Shown here in pieces: positions 19,557 to 27,057 of a DNA stretch of 64,000 nucleotides. Positions within the stretch are counted from its first letter, which is position 1. The number at the start of each line of letters is the position of its first letter. The notes under the pieces are model-generated. The model was not told the DNA's origin. It was given only the letters and a program-made list of their open reading frames with translations, and ran no database searches. The stretch comes from Planctomycetota bacterium (lineage in GTDB: Bacteria > Planctomycetota > UBA8742 > UBA2392). Position numbers and translations under genes: made by a program. The stretch covers positions 37,899 through 101,898 of the forward strand of contig QEVF01000012.1 of NCBI GenBank assembly GCA_003576915.1. The letters run 5' to 3'.

Positions 19557-21800
19557 GTGGTCATGCGTTGTCCCTCTTGCGGTGCGGTCCACGGTGATTC
19601 TCTGCGTGTATGTCCCGAATGCGGCTCCGACATCACGGGGGGCGGTCGATCCATGCCGCCCGAAGTCTCACAAGCAAGCCGGGAGTCCGTCGGCCCTGAA
19701 GTCTCACAGGCCACGCAGGGCGCTCGCGGCGGCATGCCGGCGCCGCCAGGTTCGGGCGGCTCCATGCCCGCACGGTACGAGTTCCTTGAGCCCATCGCCG
19801 CCGGCGGCATGGGCCGTGTGGTGCTTGTTCGGGATCGCCACACGGGGGCACGTTGCGCCCTCAAAAGGATGCTGCCGAAACGGGGTGTATCGTCCGAGCG
19901 TTTCGAGCAGGAAGCCCAGGCCGCGCGCCGGCTGGATCACCCCTGCATTGCCAAACTGCTGGACTTCGGCTGGGACGACTCCGGGCCATTCCTGGTAATG
20001 GAGTACGTGGAGGGCGAGAGCCTGGACCGGCGCATCCGGAGAAACACGCTCTCCGAGCAGGAAGCCAAGGACTTCTTCGACCAGATGTGCGCCGCGCTGG
20101 AGCACGCCCACGAGCGCGGCGTCATCCACCGGGACGTCAAGCCCACCAACGTCATCGTTACGCCGGGCGGCAACGTCAAGTTACTGGACTTCGGTCTCGC
20201 CAAGACCGACGAAGGCGCCTCGCTTTCCATGAGCGGGGCCGGGATGGGTACGGCGGACTATGCCGCCCCTGAACAGCGCCGGGATGCCAAGAACGCAGAC
20301 AAACGGGCCGACGTCTTCTCGCTGGGGGCAACGCTGTACGAGATGCTCACGGGGCTCGCGCCCGCCCCGCTCCACCTGTTGAAGCTTCCGCCGCACTGGC
20401 AACGGGTCGTCGGCAAGGCCTGCGAACCCCGGCGCGACGACCGCTACGCATCTGTGAAGGAGTTGCGACAAGCGGCGCGCATGGCGAGCGCGTCTCCGGC
20501 GCCGCCCCGCGACCAGCCCGATGCTGCCGACGCCTCCTACGAATTTGAGAAGTGGTATGAGGACGCCGAGGGAATCGCCCGCGGAAATGCCGACGAAGCC
20601 TTCATTCTGTTGAGCGTTCGCGAGGCGGCCGCCCTGGCCCGAGCCAACAATCTGGTGGGCGCTGCAGCCAAACTGGAGGCTGTCCGTCGAACGCTTGTCA
20701 ACCAGCGGCACTTCCAGCGGTTTGACAACGACATCTGGGCTTTCAACGACATCATCAATGCTGTTCGCAACCTGGCCTCGATGGAGGACACGCCGCCGGA
20801 TTATCAGCGGCTGCTGGACGCCTGCCCCTCGGCCGGGTTTGGCGAAGAGATGTCGCGCGAGGAGAAGCTCTTCTGGTACGGAAACGCGGAAGAGCAAGTC
20901 GGCGGTGCCGTGGCCATAGTGCCTGACCTTGGCGCGGGTACCGTTCCATCAGAGTTCTCGAGCATCGCGGGCGCCGCGCCGACCCAGAGGGCCGACGAGC
21001 CCGAGAGCGCCAAGGCGCGGAAAGGTGATCGGGATGCATCGACCGGCGCATTGTTCAATCTCGGGTGCTATGTCGTGGCAGTCGTTGTTCTGCTGGCGGG
21101 GGCATTTGTGTACCAGAAGGTGCAATCCGCTCAGCAGGACTCTGAGTTCAATGAATTGCTGGAGAGGACCCAACGCGACATCGCGTCTGCCGCGACGCCG
21201 GACCAGGCCGATACGGCCTTGAAATCCATCGAGTCGTTCCCGGACTACCAGCAAGTCAAGCCGCGCTTTGCGGAGAAAATTGCCGCGCTTGGTCAAAGGG
21301 CCGCGGAGCGTCGCGCGGAGAAGATGAAGGAGTATGAAGCGCTGGCCAGGGATGCCTCATACCTTTACCGCAAACCTGGAAGGCGCTGGACATGGAAGTC
21401 TGTCTCCTATGGAAGCGGCCAGGCCATCGAGGCCATGGTGATGCACCGAATCTTGACGAGCGGTAATGGGGAGGCGTCCTACGAGGTTGTGGAGCGAAAG
21501 GACGGCACAGAGACCTTCAGAAAGAGCCTCACGAGGTCGGTGGGACCCTATCCCCCGCCTCCCGACGCTTACGGGTTTTCACCCCAGGGCGCCTATGCCG
21601 GGGACATCACAGTTACCGCCGGTACATTCTGCGTGTATCTGGTCCAGGATGGTTCCTCGAATCCGAGAACGGGAACGAGAGTGTGGACTACGAATACTTG
21701 GTATTCCTATCAGTATCCTGGTCTGATCGTGAAGCGAGAAGAACGTGACGGTGGCGAGGTCGTTGCCGCTACCATGGAGTTAGTCGAATACGTGGATTGA
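19557..21800 (+). CDS. Ser/Thr protein kinase with N-terminal zinc ribbon, one TM helix and an unknown C-terminal domain
   Basis: CPSCG..CPECG; AAGGMGRVVL..CALKRM; HRDVKPTNV; DFGLA; YAAPE; TM segment GCYVVAVVVLLAGAFVY; ~250-aa C-terminal region without motifs I recognise. Confidence 0.9.
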   Translation: MVMRCPSCGAVHGDSLRVCPECGSDITGGGRSMPPEVSQASRESVGPEVSQATQGARGGMPAPPGSGGSMPARYEFLEPIAAGGMGRVVLVRDRHTGARCALKRMLPKRGVSSERFEQEAQAARRLDHPCIAKLLDFGWDDSGPFLVMEYVEGESLDRRIRRNTLSEQEAKDFFDQMCAALEHAHERGVIHRDVKPTNVIVTPGGNVKLLDFGLAKTDEGASLSMSGAGMGTADYAAPEQRRDAKNADKRADVFSLGATLYEMLTGLAPAPLHLLKLPPHWQRVVGKACEPRRDDRYASVKELRQAARMASASPAPPRDQPDAADASYEFEKWYEDAEGIARGNADEAFILLSVREAAALARANNLVGAAAKLEAVRRTLVNQRHFQRFDNDIWAFNDIINAVRNLASMEDTPPDYQRLLDACPSAGFGEEMSREEKLFWYGNAEEQVGGAVAIVPDLGAGTVPSEFSSIAGAAPTQRADEPESAKARKGDRDASTGALFNLGCYVVAVVVLLAGAFVYQKVQSAQQDSEFNELLERTQRDIASAATPDQADTALKSIESFPDYQQVKPRFAEKIAALGQRAAERRAEKMKEYEALARDASYLYRKPGRRWTWKSVSYGSGQAIEAMVMHRILTSGNGEASYEVVERKDGTETFRKSLTRSVGPYPPPPDAYGFSPQGAYAGDITVTAGTFCVYLVQDGSSNPRTGTRVWTTNTWYSYQYPGLIVKREERDGGEVVAATMELVEYVD

Positions 21801-21858
21801 ATGTGGCTTCAGCGCAGCTCCTGCTCCGTCTGGAAGCCTGCAACCCTGAGGCAAGACC

Positions 21859-22503
21859 ATGCTGATTCCTGTGTTTGCGGCTAACGACGCAGAGCTGGTT
21901 AAGGTTTTCGACATACTGAAGACCATCATTCGTGAAGAAGTAGCGCGAAGTGGTACCGCTCAGGCGGTCACGTTTGTCGATCGAATGCCCACTGAAGGCG
22001 CCGAAGGCACGCAAGGCGGCGAAGGAGCTCCGGCGTTGCCTTGGTTTCAATCCGTGGCGCGAGTCGCGAACTCTTGCGGCAGCGAGAGCGTCGCCACATT
22101 GGCGTGGAACAAGTCGAAGCCCGAAGAAGTCCGATGGGAGGTGACAACCACCCAGACTTCATGGGATGCCAACCGGTTCCGGGAGGGCTGGCACAGTGTT
22201 TCGTTCTTCGTTGCGCTTCTGGCTCTGGCCGCAGGCTGCGTGGCCCACGGACTTGAGAACTGGTCGTCCATGAAGTCCCTGCTAACTTCCAAGGAGGGCT
22301 GGATCGCCGGCGTACTTGTGCTCGTGGGCCTGTTCTTCGCTGTGAAGTTCTCCGCGGTGCCCTATATCGCGATACGCCAGAAGTCTTCCGAGCGCATTTG
22401 GACCGAGGCATCCAAGGCGGCGCAAGCCATTGAGGCCGCGGGCCAACGGGCCGTGAACAACTTGCTCACAAGCCAGGCGGGCAACAGCGGTAATCAGCCA
22501 TGA
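21859..22503 (+). CDS. Hypothetical membrane protein (2 predicted TM helices)
   Basis: 214-aa ORF 58 nt after the kinase stop, with GAGG about 9 nt upstream. Hydrophobic helices VSFFVALLALAAGCV and IAGVLVLVGLFFAV. No family recognised, and lower GC than the surroundings by eye. Confidence 0.45.
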   Translation: MLIPVFAANDAELVKVFDILKTIIREEVARSGTAQAVTFVDRMPTEGAEGTQGGEGAPALPWFQSVARVANSCGSESVATLAWNKSKPEEVRWEVTTTQTSWDANRFREGWHSVSFFVALLALAAGCVAHGLENWSSMKSLLTSKEGWIAGVLVLVGLFFAVKFSAVPYIAIRQKSSERIWTEASKAAQAIEAAGQRAVNNLLTSQAGNSGNQP

Positions 22504-22756
22504 ACAGAGTAGCGGTGACTTCGGGTGCGCATGGGCGCCTGGACCTGCTCGATCAGGGGTCTTGAACCGCCCTCCAGAGACTTGCCGGGCCATTGACGAC
22601 CTGCATTACGCCGGCGGCGACCTGAGCCATGCCCACCCCGACAGCTTCCTCAATCTCCATCCGAGGCTTCGCGCGGCTGACTCCCAAACGCGTTGACGGG
22701 ACACCGTGCTTACCCCCGGGGGTGGCGACGGCGGACTGTGCCCGCCCCGCCGCAAT

Positions 22757-23752
22757 CTACCCCTTCACTGCGTTGCCCGCGATGATGGCCTCCCGAATCT
22801 GCGACGCCAGATCTCCAAGGGCGCCCGGCGAGTGCGGCAGCATGATTGTATGGGTGTGGCCGTTCTGCCCGAGTTCCTTCAGCGTGTCGAAGTACTGCGT
22901 CAGGAGAATCAGGTTGAGCACTTCCTGCGAGCTGGCGCCCTTGACCGACTGCTGGAACTCGCCCACGCTCTCCCGCAGGCCTTCGACAATCGCGCGCCTC
23001 TGATCCGCGATACCCTGGCCCTGCAGCGCCTTGCTTTGCGCTTCGGCCTCGGCCTGTTTGACCTTCAGGATGCGCTCGGCTTCGCCCTTTTCGCTGGCCG
23101 CCACACGCAGGCGTTGTGCCGCGTTGATTTCGTTCATGGCGTCTTTGACCTTTCCATCGGGCTCGATGTCCGTCACCAGTGCCTTGAGGATGCCGTAGCC
23201 GAAGCCCGCCATCATCTGTTCCAGTTCGGCCTTCACGGCATCGGCGATCTCGTCTTTCCGGTCAAACACGGAGTCCAGCGTCATGCGCGGCACGCGGGCC
23301 CGCACCACGTCATACACAAACGCCGTGATCTGCGTGCCGTGGCTCTGCAACCGGTAGAACGCGTCATAGACGCGCTCAGGCAACACGAAGTACTGGACCG
23401 CCACGACGATTACGGCGAACACGTTGTCTTCGGTCTTCGTCTCCACGCGCACGTCAAGCTGCTGGACGCGCAGCGAGACCCGTCCACTGACGCGATCCAT
23501 GATCGGGGTCTTGAAGTGCAGTCCCGGCTCCAGCAGCCGGTTGAACTTGCCCCAGGTCTGCAGCACGCCCACCTCCTGCTGCTGAACCACGACCAGGGCG
23601 CCTAGCAGAACAGCTGCCAGGTAAGCCAGCAGCAGGGCGCCGAAGATCACGCCGGCGGGCCAGAACAATGCCGCGCCTGCGATGGCTCCAGCCAGCAGCA
23701 GAAGTCCCAGGGCGCCAAGTACGAGCCAGATGGTGCCGGATGTGATGGTCAT
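22757..23752 (-). CDS. SPFH/Band-7 (stomatin/prohibitin-like) membrane protein
   Basis: N-terminal TM helices then V.Q.E.GV...GKF.R.L.PGLHF..P..D ... coiled-coil A/E/K-rich region. Start taken at MTITSG (23752), which has AGGAGA upstream. Confidence 0.9.
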   Translation of the reverse strand: MTITSGTIWLVLGALGLLLLAGAIAGAALFWPAGVIFGALLLAYLAAVLLGALVVVQQQEVGVLQTWGKFNRLLEPGLHFKTPIMDRVSGRVSLRVQQLDVRVETKTEDNVFAVIVVAVQYFVLPERVYDAFYRLQSHGTQITAFVYDVVRARVPRMTLDSVFDRKDEIADAVKAELEQMMAGFGYGILKALVTDIEPDGKVKDAMNEINAAQRLRVAASEKGEAERILKVKQAEAEAQSKALQGQGIADQRRAIVEGLRESVGEFQQSVKGASSQEVLNLILLTQYFDTLKELGQNGHTHTIMLPHSPGALGDLASQIREAIIAGNAVKG

Positions 23753-23897
23753 GCCGTGTCTCCTGAAATCCGCAGAGGATTGCACATGGTAGACGCGGCG
23801 GCTGCTATTAGAAGCGCCTTGAGCATTTGTAGTGGCCGAGTTTGCGGGGCGCCGTTTCCGGCACAACAACGGCCCCCAGGCCATGGCGCATTAAGCA

Positions 23898-23919
23898 GGG
23901 GCGACTGACACGTCGCCCC
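23898..23919 (-). terminator. Hairpin downstream of the rhodanese gene (weak terminator candidate)
   Basis: GGGGCGAC-n6-GTCGCCCC (8-bp stem). On the minus strand it is followed by TGCTTAAT, a poor U-tract. Confidence 0.3.
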
Positions 23920-24039
23920 CGCCAATACCCGGACTGGCGCGATGGCGCGTTCCAATATGGAGTCGCCCGCGGGGCTGCTGGTCCGCTGGCGACGGCCGCC
24001 ATGGGCGGAGGCAGATCGCTCCCAGGTGCTCTTGGGGCG

Positions 24040-24387
24040 CTACTTGGGCTGGGTCTGGGGAGCCAGACTGCCCTCGACGGGCAGGCCTGCCTCGCTCCAT
24101 TCCGCGATGCCGCCGCGGTAGTCGTGAATGTTGCTGTAGCCAAGCTGTTCGACCGCACGGGCCGCCTTCGTGGAAGCATCTCACGAATAGCCCGATCAGT
24201 AGAACACAAGCATGGCCGCCTTGTCCGTCGGGAGGCCCTTGCCTGCCTGGGCCTCCGGTACCGGCAGGCTGGTGCTGCCCTTGATATGCAGCTTGTCGTA
24301 CGAGACGCGGCTGCGGTTGTCGTAGAAGCCGGCGACTGCGCCCTTGGCCAGCGCTTCGCGCAGCTTCTTGAGATCGATGGTATGCAT
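24040..24387 (-). CDS. Single-domain rhodanese-like sulfurtransferase with two in-frame TGA codons (candidate selenoprotein; alternative reading: pseudogene)
   Basis: Strong SD (AGGAGA) before ATG 24387. Translation: ...YDKLHIKGSTSLP...AAMLVFY-TGA(24196-24198)-SGYS-TGA(24181-24183)-DASTKAARAVEQLGYSNIHDYRGGIAEWSEAGLPVEG...TAG(24040-24042). Rhodanese similarity continues in one frame across both TGAs. Confidence 0.55.
24135..24180 (-). promoter_or_regulatory. Candidate bacterial SECIS-like hairpin
   Basis: mRNA CGGCC-CGUGC-GGUCG (plus-strand 24150-24164) begins 16 nt after the second UGA. The apical loop contains G and GU. AAG/CUU can extend the helix. No folding energy was computed. Confidence 0.3.
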
Positions 24388-24504
24388 GGCAGTCTCCTGT
24401 TTCCCGGCCCATGGGCCGCGTTAACCCAGTCTAACGTCGGCCGGCGGCCCGGGCATTCCAAGTTTGGGGCGCGGGGCTAATCTTAGGCACCGCAAGGAGA
24501 TCCC

Positions 24505-24897
24505 ATGGCCAGCTCGTTCTATACGGTGGAGTCGAAGTTGTCAGCGGCGGACGCCGCCAAGCGCCTGCAAGAGGCGGTGTTGAAGGAGAAGTATGGCGTG
24601 ATCGACGTGCTGAACCTCAAGCAGATCATGGCCGGCAAGGGCGTAACTTACGACGACGAAGCCATCGTGGTATCGGTGTGCGAGCCCAACTACGCGCGCA
24701 AGTTCCTGACGCTGGAGAACACGGTGGCGTCCTGCCTGCCCTGCCGCATCTCCGTGACCTCGCGCAAGGGCAAGACCTACATCAGCCTGCCGCTGCCATC
24801 GGCGATGTTTGGCCTGTTCGGCAACGGGGACCTGGCCCAGGCCGGGGCGGAAACGGAAGCGGCGCTCAAGCGCATGGTGGACGCGGCAAAGGCGTAG
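24505..24897 (+). CDS. DUF302 domain protein
   Basis: 130 aa. The pattern ..L....K..GF.V......Q.......G......I...C.P..A...L.......LPCRI.V resembles DUF302. SD AAGGAG upstream. Divergent from the rhodanese gene. Confidence 0.75.
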   Translation: MASSFYTVESKLSAADAAKRLQEAVLKEKYGVIDVLNLKQIMAGKGVTYDDEAIVVSVCEPNYARKFLTLENTVASCLPCRISVTSRKGKTYISLPLPSAMFGLFGNGDLAQAGAETEAALKRMVDAAKA

Positions 24898-24960
24898 AAG
24901 GCGCGTGACAAGCGGCTCCAAGGAGAGCCTTGATTTGGGCTGGTGGGAGCCTATTTTCGT

Positions 24961-24990
24961 TTGCCGTTCGGAATAGTGGACTGGTATAGT
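24961..24990 (+). promoter_or_regulatory. Sigma-70-like promoter candidate (extended -10) for ferredoxin 1
   Basis: TTGCCG (24961-24966), 18 nt, TGgTATAGT (24982-24990). Confidence 0.35.
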
Positions 24991-25071
24991 CTAATTTAGT
25001 GAGCGAGAGTCGCGGTCAACCGCGAGGGGCGCCGAAGCGAGAGCAGACGACGCCGCAACCAGGAGAGGACC

Positions 25072-25302
25072 ATGGCAGACCCCAACGAAAAGTGGGAAGA
25101 CAACGTTCCGGGCAAGTGGTACGTGGACAAGACCTGCATTTTCTGCGGCCTGTGCCCCCAGCTTGCTCCGAGCAACTTCAAGGAATCGGACGACGGCACG
25201 CACGACTACGTCTACAAGCAGCCCGAGACGCCGGAAGAAGAGGCGCAGTGCGAAGACGCCATGGCGCAGTGCCCTGTACAGAGTATCGGCAACAACGGCT
25301 GA
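25072..25302 (+). CDS. Small single-cluster ferredoxin
   Basis: 76 aa. CIFCGLC ... QCP cluster ligands; acidic. SD AGGAGAGG upstream. Confidence 0.85.
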   Translation: MADPNEKWEDNVPGKWYVDKTCIFCGLCPQLAPSNFKESDDGTHDYVYKQPETPEEEAQCEDAMAQCPVQSIGNNG

Positions 25303-25317
25303 TTCAGAACGGCAGGT

Positions 25318-25353
25318 ATGAACGGCACCCCGCCAGTGCGGGGTGCCGTTCAT
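25318..25353 (+). terminator. 16-bp perfect palindrome/terminator candidate after ferredoxin 1
   Basis: ATGAACGGCACCCCGC-CAGT-GCGGGGTGCCGTTCAT followed by TTCGG (short T run). Confidence 0.5.
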
Positions 25354-25365
25354 TTCGGATTGGGC

Positions 25366-25394
25366 TTGACCGAAACTGACTTGTGGGATATATT
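25366..25394 (+). promoter_or_regulatory. Sigma-70-like promoter candidate inside an AT-rich island
   Basis: TTGACC (25366-25371), 17 nt, TATATT (25389-25394). It is followed by about 45 nt of very AT-rich sequence in an otherwise GC-rich genome. Confidence 0.45.
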
Positions 25395-25653
25395 TTGAAC
25401 GGTAATTTGAAAAACAAATTATGGTTCAATTCATTGTTCGGGGACTGTCCATGGCCGTCCGGGTGACGGCAACGCCAGAGCGAAGATGCGCCGGCGCTCA
25501 GTGTCTCGGCTGAGAGCTTTGTCTGAGTGAGTCCGCAGAGCTGACGCAAAGCCCCGCCCTCTTCGCCGCGAGGGAGAGCCTGCGTAACAACTCGGGAATT
25601 GCTCCCCCCGGCGAAGTAGTTCGGCCACGACCGCCCTGCCAGGGAGACCTTCC

Positions 25654-25929
25654 ATGCCTGATCCACAGAATCGTGTGGCCTTCAACGTACCGGGCCGCTG
25701 GTACATCGACGCTTCCTGCGTCAATTGTGGTCTCTGTCCGGCGGAAGTGCCGGATGTCTTTCGCGAGACTCCAGACGGCATCTCCAGCTATGTGTGGCGG
25801 CAGCCCCAATCCCCTCAAGGCGAGGCAGCCTGTGAGGACATGGCCGGCCGCTGCCCCACGAACTCCATAGGGAACGACGGTGCTGTCGCCATTACGGAGG
25901 ACGCTGCTATGCTCCCCCGCCATGCCTGA
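25654..25929 (+). CDS. Small single-cluster ferredoxin (paralog of 25072-25302)
   Basis: 91 aa. VPGRWYIDASCVNCGLCP...CEDMAGRCPTNSIGNDG aligns with VPGKWYVDKTCIFCGLCP...CEDAMAQCPVQSIGNNG. The stop overlaps the trmB start by 8 nt. Confidence 0.8.
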   Translation: MPDPQNRVAFNVPGRWYIDASCVNCGLCPAEVPDVFRETPDGISSYVWRQPQSPQGEAACEDMAGRCPTNSIGNDGAVAITEDAAMLPRHA

Positions 25930-26554
25930 CCGCGACATCAAGCCCTACATCATAGAGCAGCTCAAGGAGGGGCGGTTCCATCTTGCGGCCATCTTCGGCA
26001 ACGACCATCCCGTGGAGCTGGAGATCGGCATTGGCAAAGGGCGCTTCCTCATGAATGAAGCGGCCCGACGCCCTGACGTAAACTTTGTGGGCATTGAGTG
26101 GGCCAGCCGCTACTACCGCCTCGCCGCTGAGCGCGCCGCGGGCAAACGCCTCTCAAACATCCGCTTTCTGCGCGACGACGCCGCCCACACCCTGCGCGAG
26201 AACCTGCCCGACGCCAGCCTCAGCGCCCTGCATATCTACTTTCCAGACCCCTGGCCCAAGTCGCGGCATCACAAGCGGCGCCTGATCCAGGGGCCCTTTG
26301 TGCTGCAGGCGGCCCGGGTGCTCAAGGACGGGGCCCGGGTCCTCCTGGGCACCGACCACGCCTATTACGCCGAACAGATGGAGCGGGAATTCTCCGACCA
26401 CCGCGACTTTACACTGGTCAGCCGGCTCTTCGGAGACGAGGCGCCCGAGGGCATCACCAACTGGGAGCAGAAGTTCCGCAAAGAGGGCCGCACCATCTTC
26501 AAGTTCGAATACCTGCGGCGCGCGCGGGACTTGGCCGCCCCGGCCCGCGCCTGA
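25922..26554 (+). CDS. trmB: tRNA (guanine46-N7)-methyltransferase
   Basis: ELEIGIGKGRFL (SAM motif), VGIE, YFPDPWPKSRHHKRRL. Start taken at MPDRDIK (25922). Confidence 0.9.
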   Translation: MPDRDIKPYIIEQLKEGRFHLAAIFGNDHPVELEIGIGKGRFLMNEAARRPDVNFVGIEWASRYYRLAAERAAGKRLSNIRFLRDDAAHTLRENLPDASLSALHIYFPDPWPKSRHHKRRLIQGPFVLQAARVLKDGARVLLGTDHAYYAEQMEREFSDHRDFTLVSRLFGDEAPEGITNWEQKFRKEGRTIFKFEYLRRARDLAAPARA

Positions 26555-26610
26555 TGCGTTGATTTTGCGCGCCGTGGCGCTAAGGTCTCTCAGCCTGCCC
26601 TGGAACTGAG

Positions 26611-27057
26611 ATGGCCATACTCGGCATCGGAACTGACATAGTTGAAGTCAAGCGCATCGAGAAACTCCTCGCCGCGAGCCGCGAGGAGTTTTTTTCACGC
26701 GTCTTTGCCCCGTCCGAGGTTGCCTACTGCCTGGCCAAGGCGCGCCCGGCCATTCACCTGGCGGCGCGCTTTGCAGCCAAGGAGGCGTTCATGAAGGCTC
26801 TAGGCACGGGCTGGGCGCGGGGTGTCGGCTTTGGCCAGATTGTGGTGGCCAACGACGAGGACGGCCGGCCGGGCCTGGAAGTTACGGGAAGAGCGCGCGA
26901 GCTTCTCGACGCCATGGGTCCGACGTGGCTGTGGCTGAGCATCAGCCACACCCGCGAGTTCGCCATGGCCACGGCGGTGATCGAGTCAGGCGTGACACGC
27001 AAACGCGCGGCCACCATGCGCAGGTCGCGCAACACGCGGGTCACCTCGGAGCGCTGA
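26611..27057 (+). CDS. acpS: Holo-[acyl-carrier-protein] synthase
   Basis: ILGIGTDIVEVKRI, FAAKEAFMKALGTG, SISHT. Confidence 0.9.
   Translation: MAILGIGTDIVEVKRIEKLLAASREEFFSRVFAPSEVAYCLAKARPAIHLAARFAAKEAFMKALGTGWARGVGFGQIVVANDEDGRPGLEVTGRARELLDAMGPTWLWLSISHTREFAMATAVIESGVTRKRAATMRRSRNTRVTSER

Noticed and set aside
22504-22756. A 35-codon minus-strand ORF (MEIEEAVGVGMAQVAAGVMQVVNGPASLWRAVQDP) in the spacer after the SPFH gene.
   Set aside because: It is too short, has no SD and has no recognisable family. It may be a gene remnant, but it cannot be supported from the sequence alone.
24040-24387. Genome-wide reassignment of TGA (to Gly or Trp) as the explanation for the in-frame TGAs.
   Set aside because: TGA terminates several well-conserved genes in this window at their expected C-termini (lysS at 5026, panD at 8079-8081, the prs-like gene at 8895). 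The genome is also high-GC, unlike known TGA-recoding lineages.
25600-25653. CUGCCAGGGAGACCUUCC just before ferredoxin 2 resembles the 3' CAGGAAGACCUGCC block of cobalamin riboswitches.
   Set aside because: The upstream B12-box (GCCACUG-like) and the GGGAA..GGUG..AAUCC core are not recognisable. The purine-rich part is adequately explained as the ribosome-binding site.
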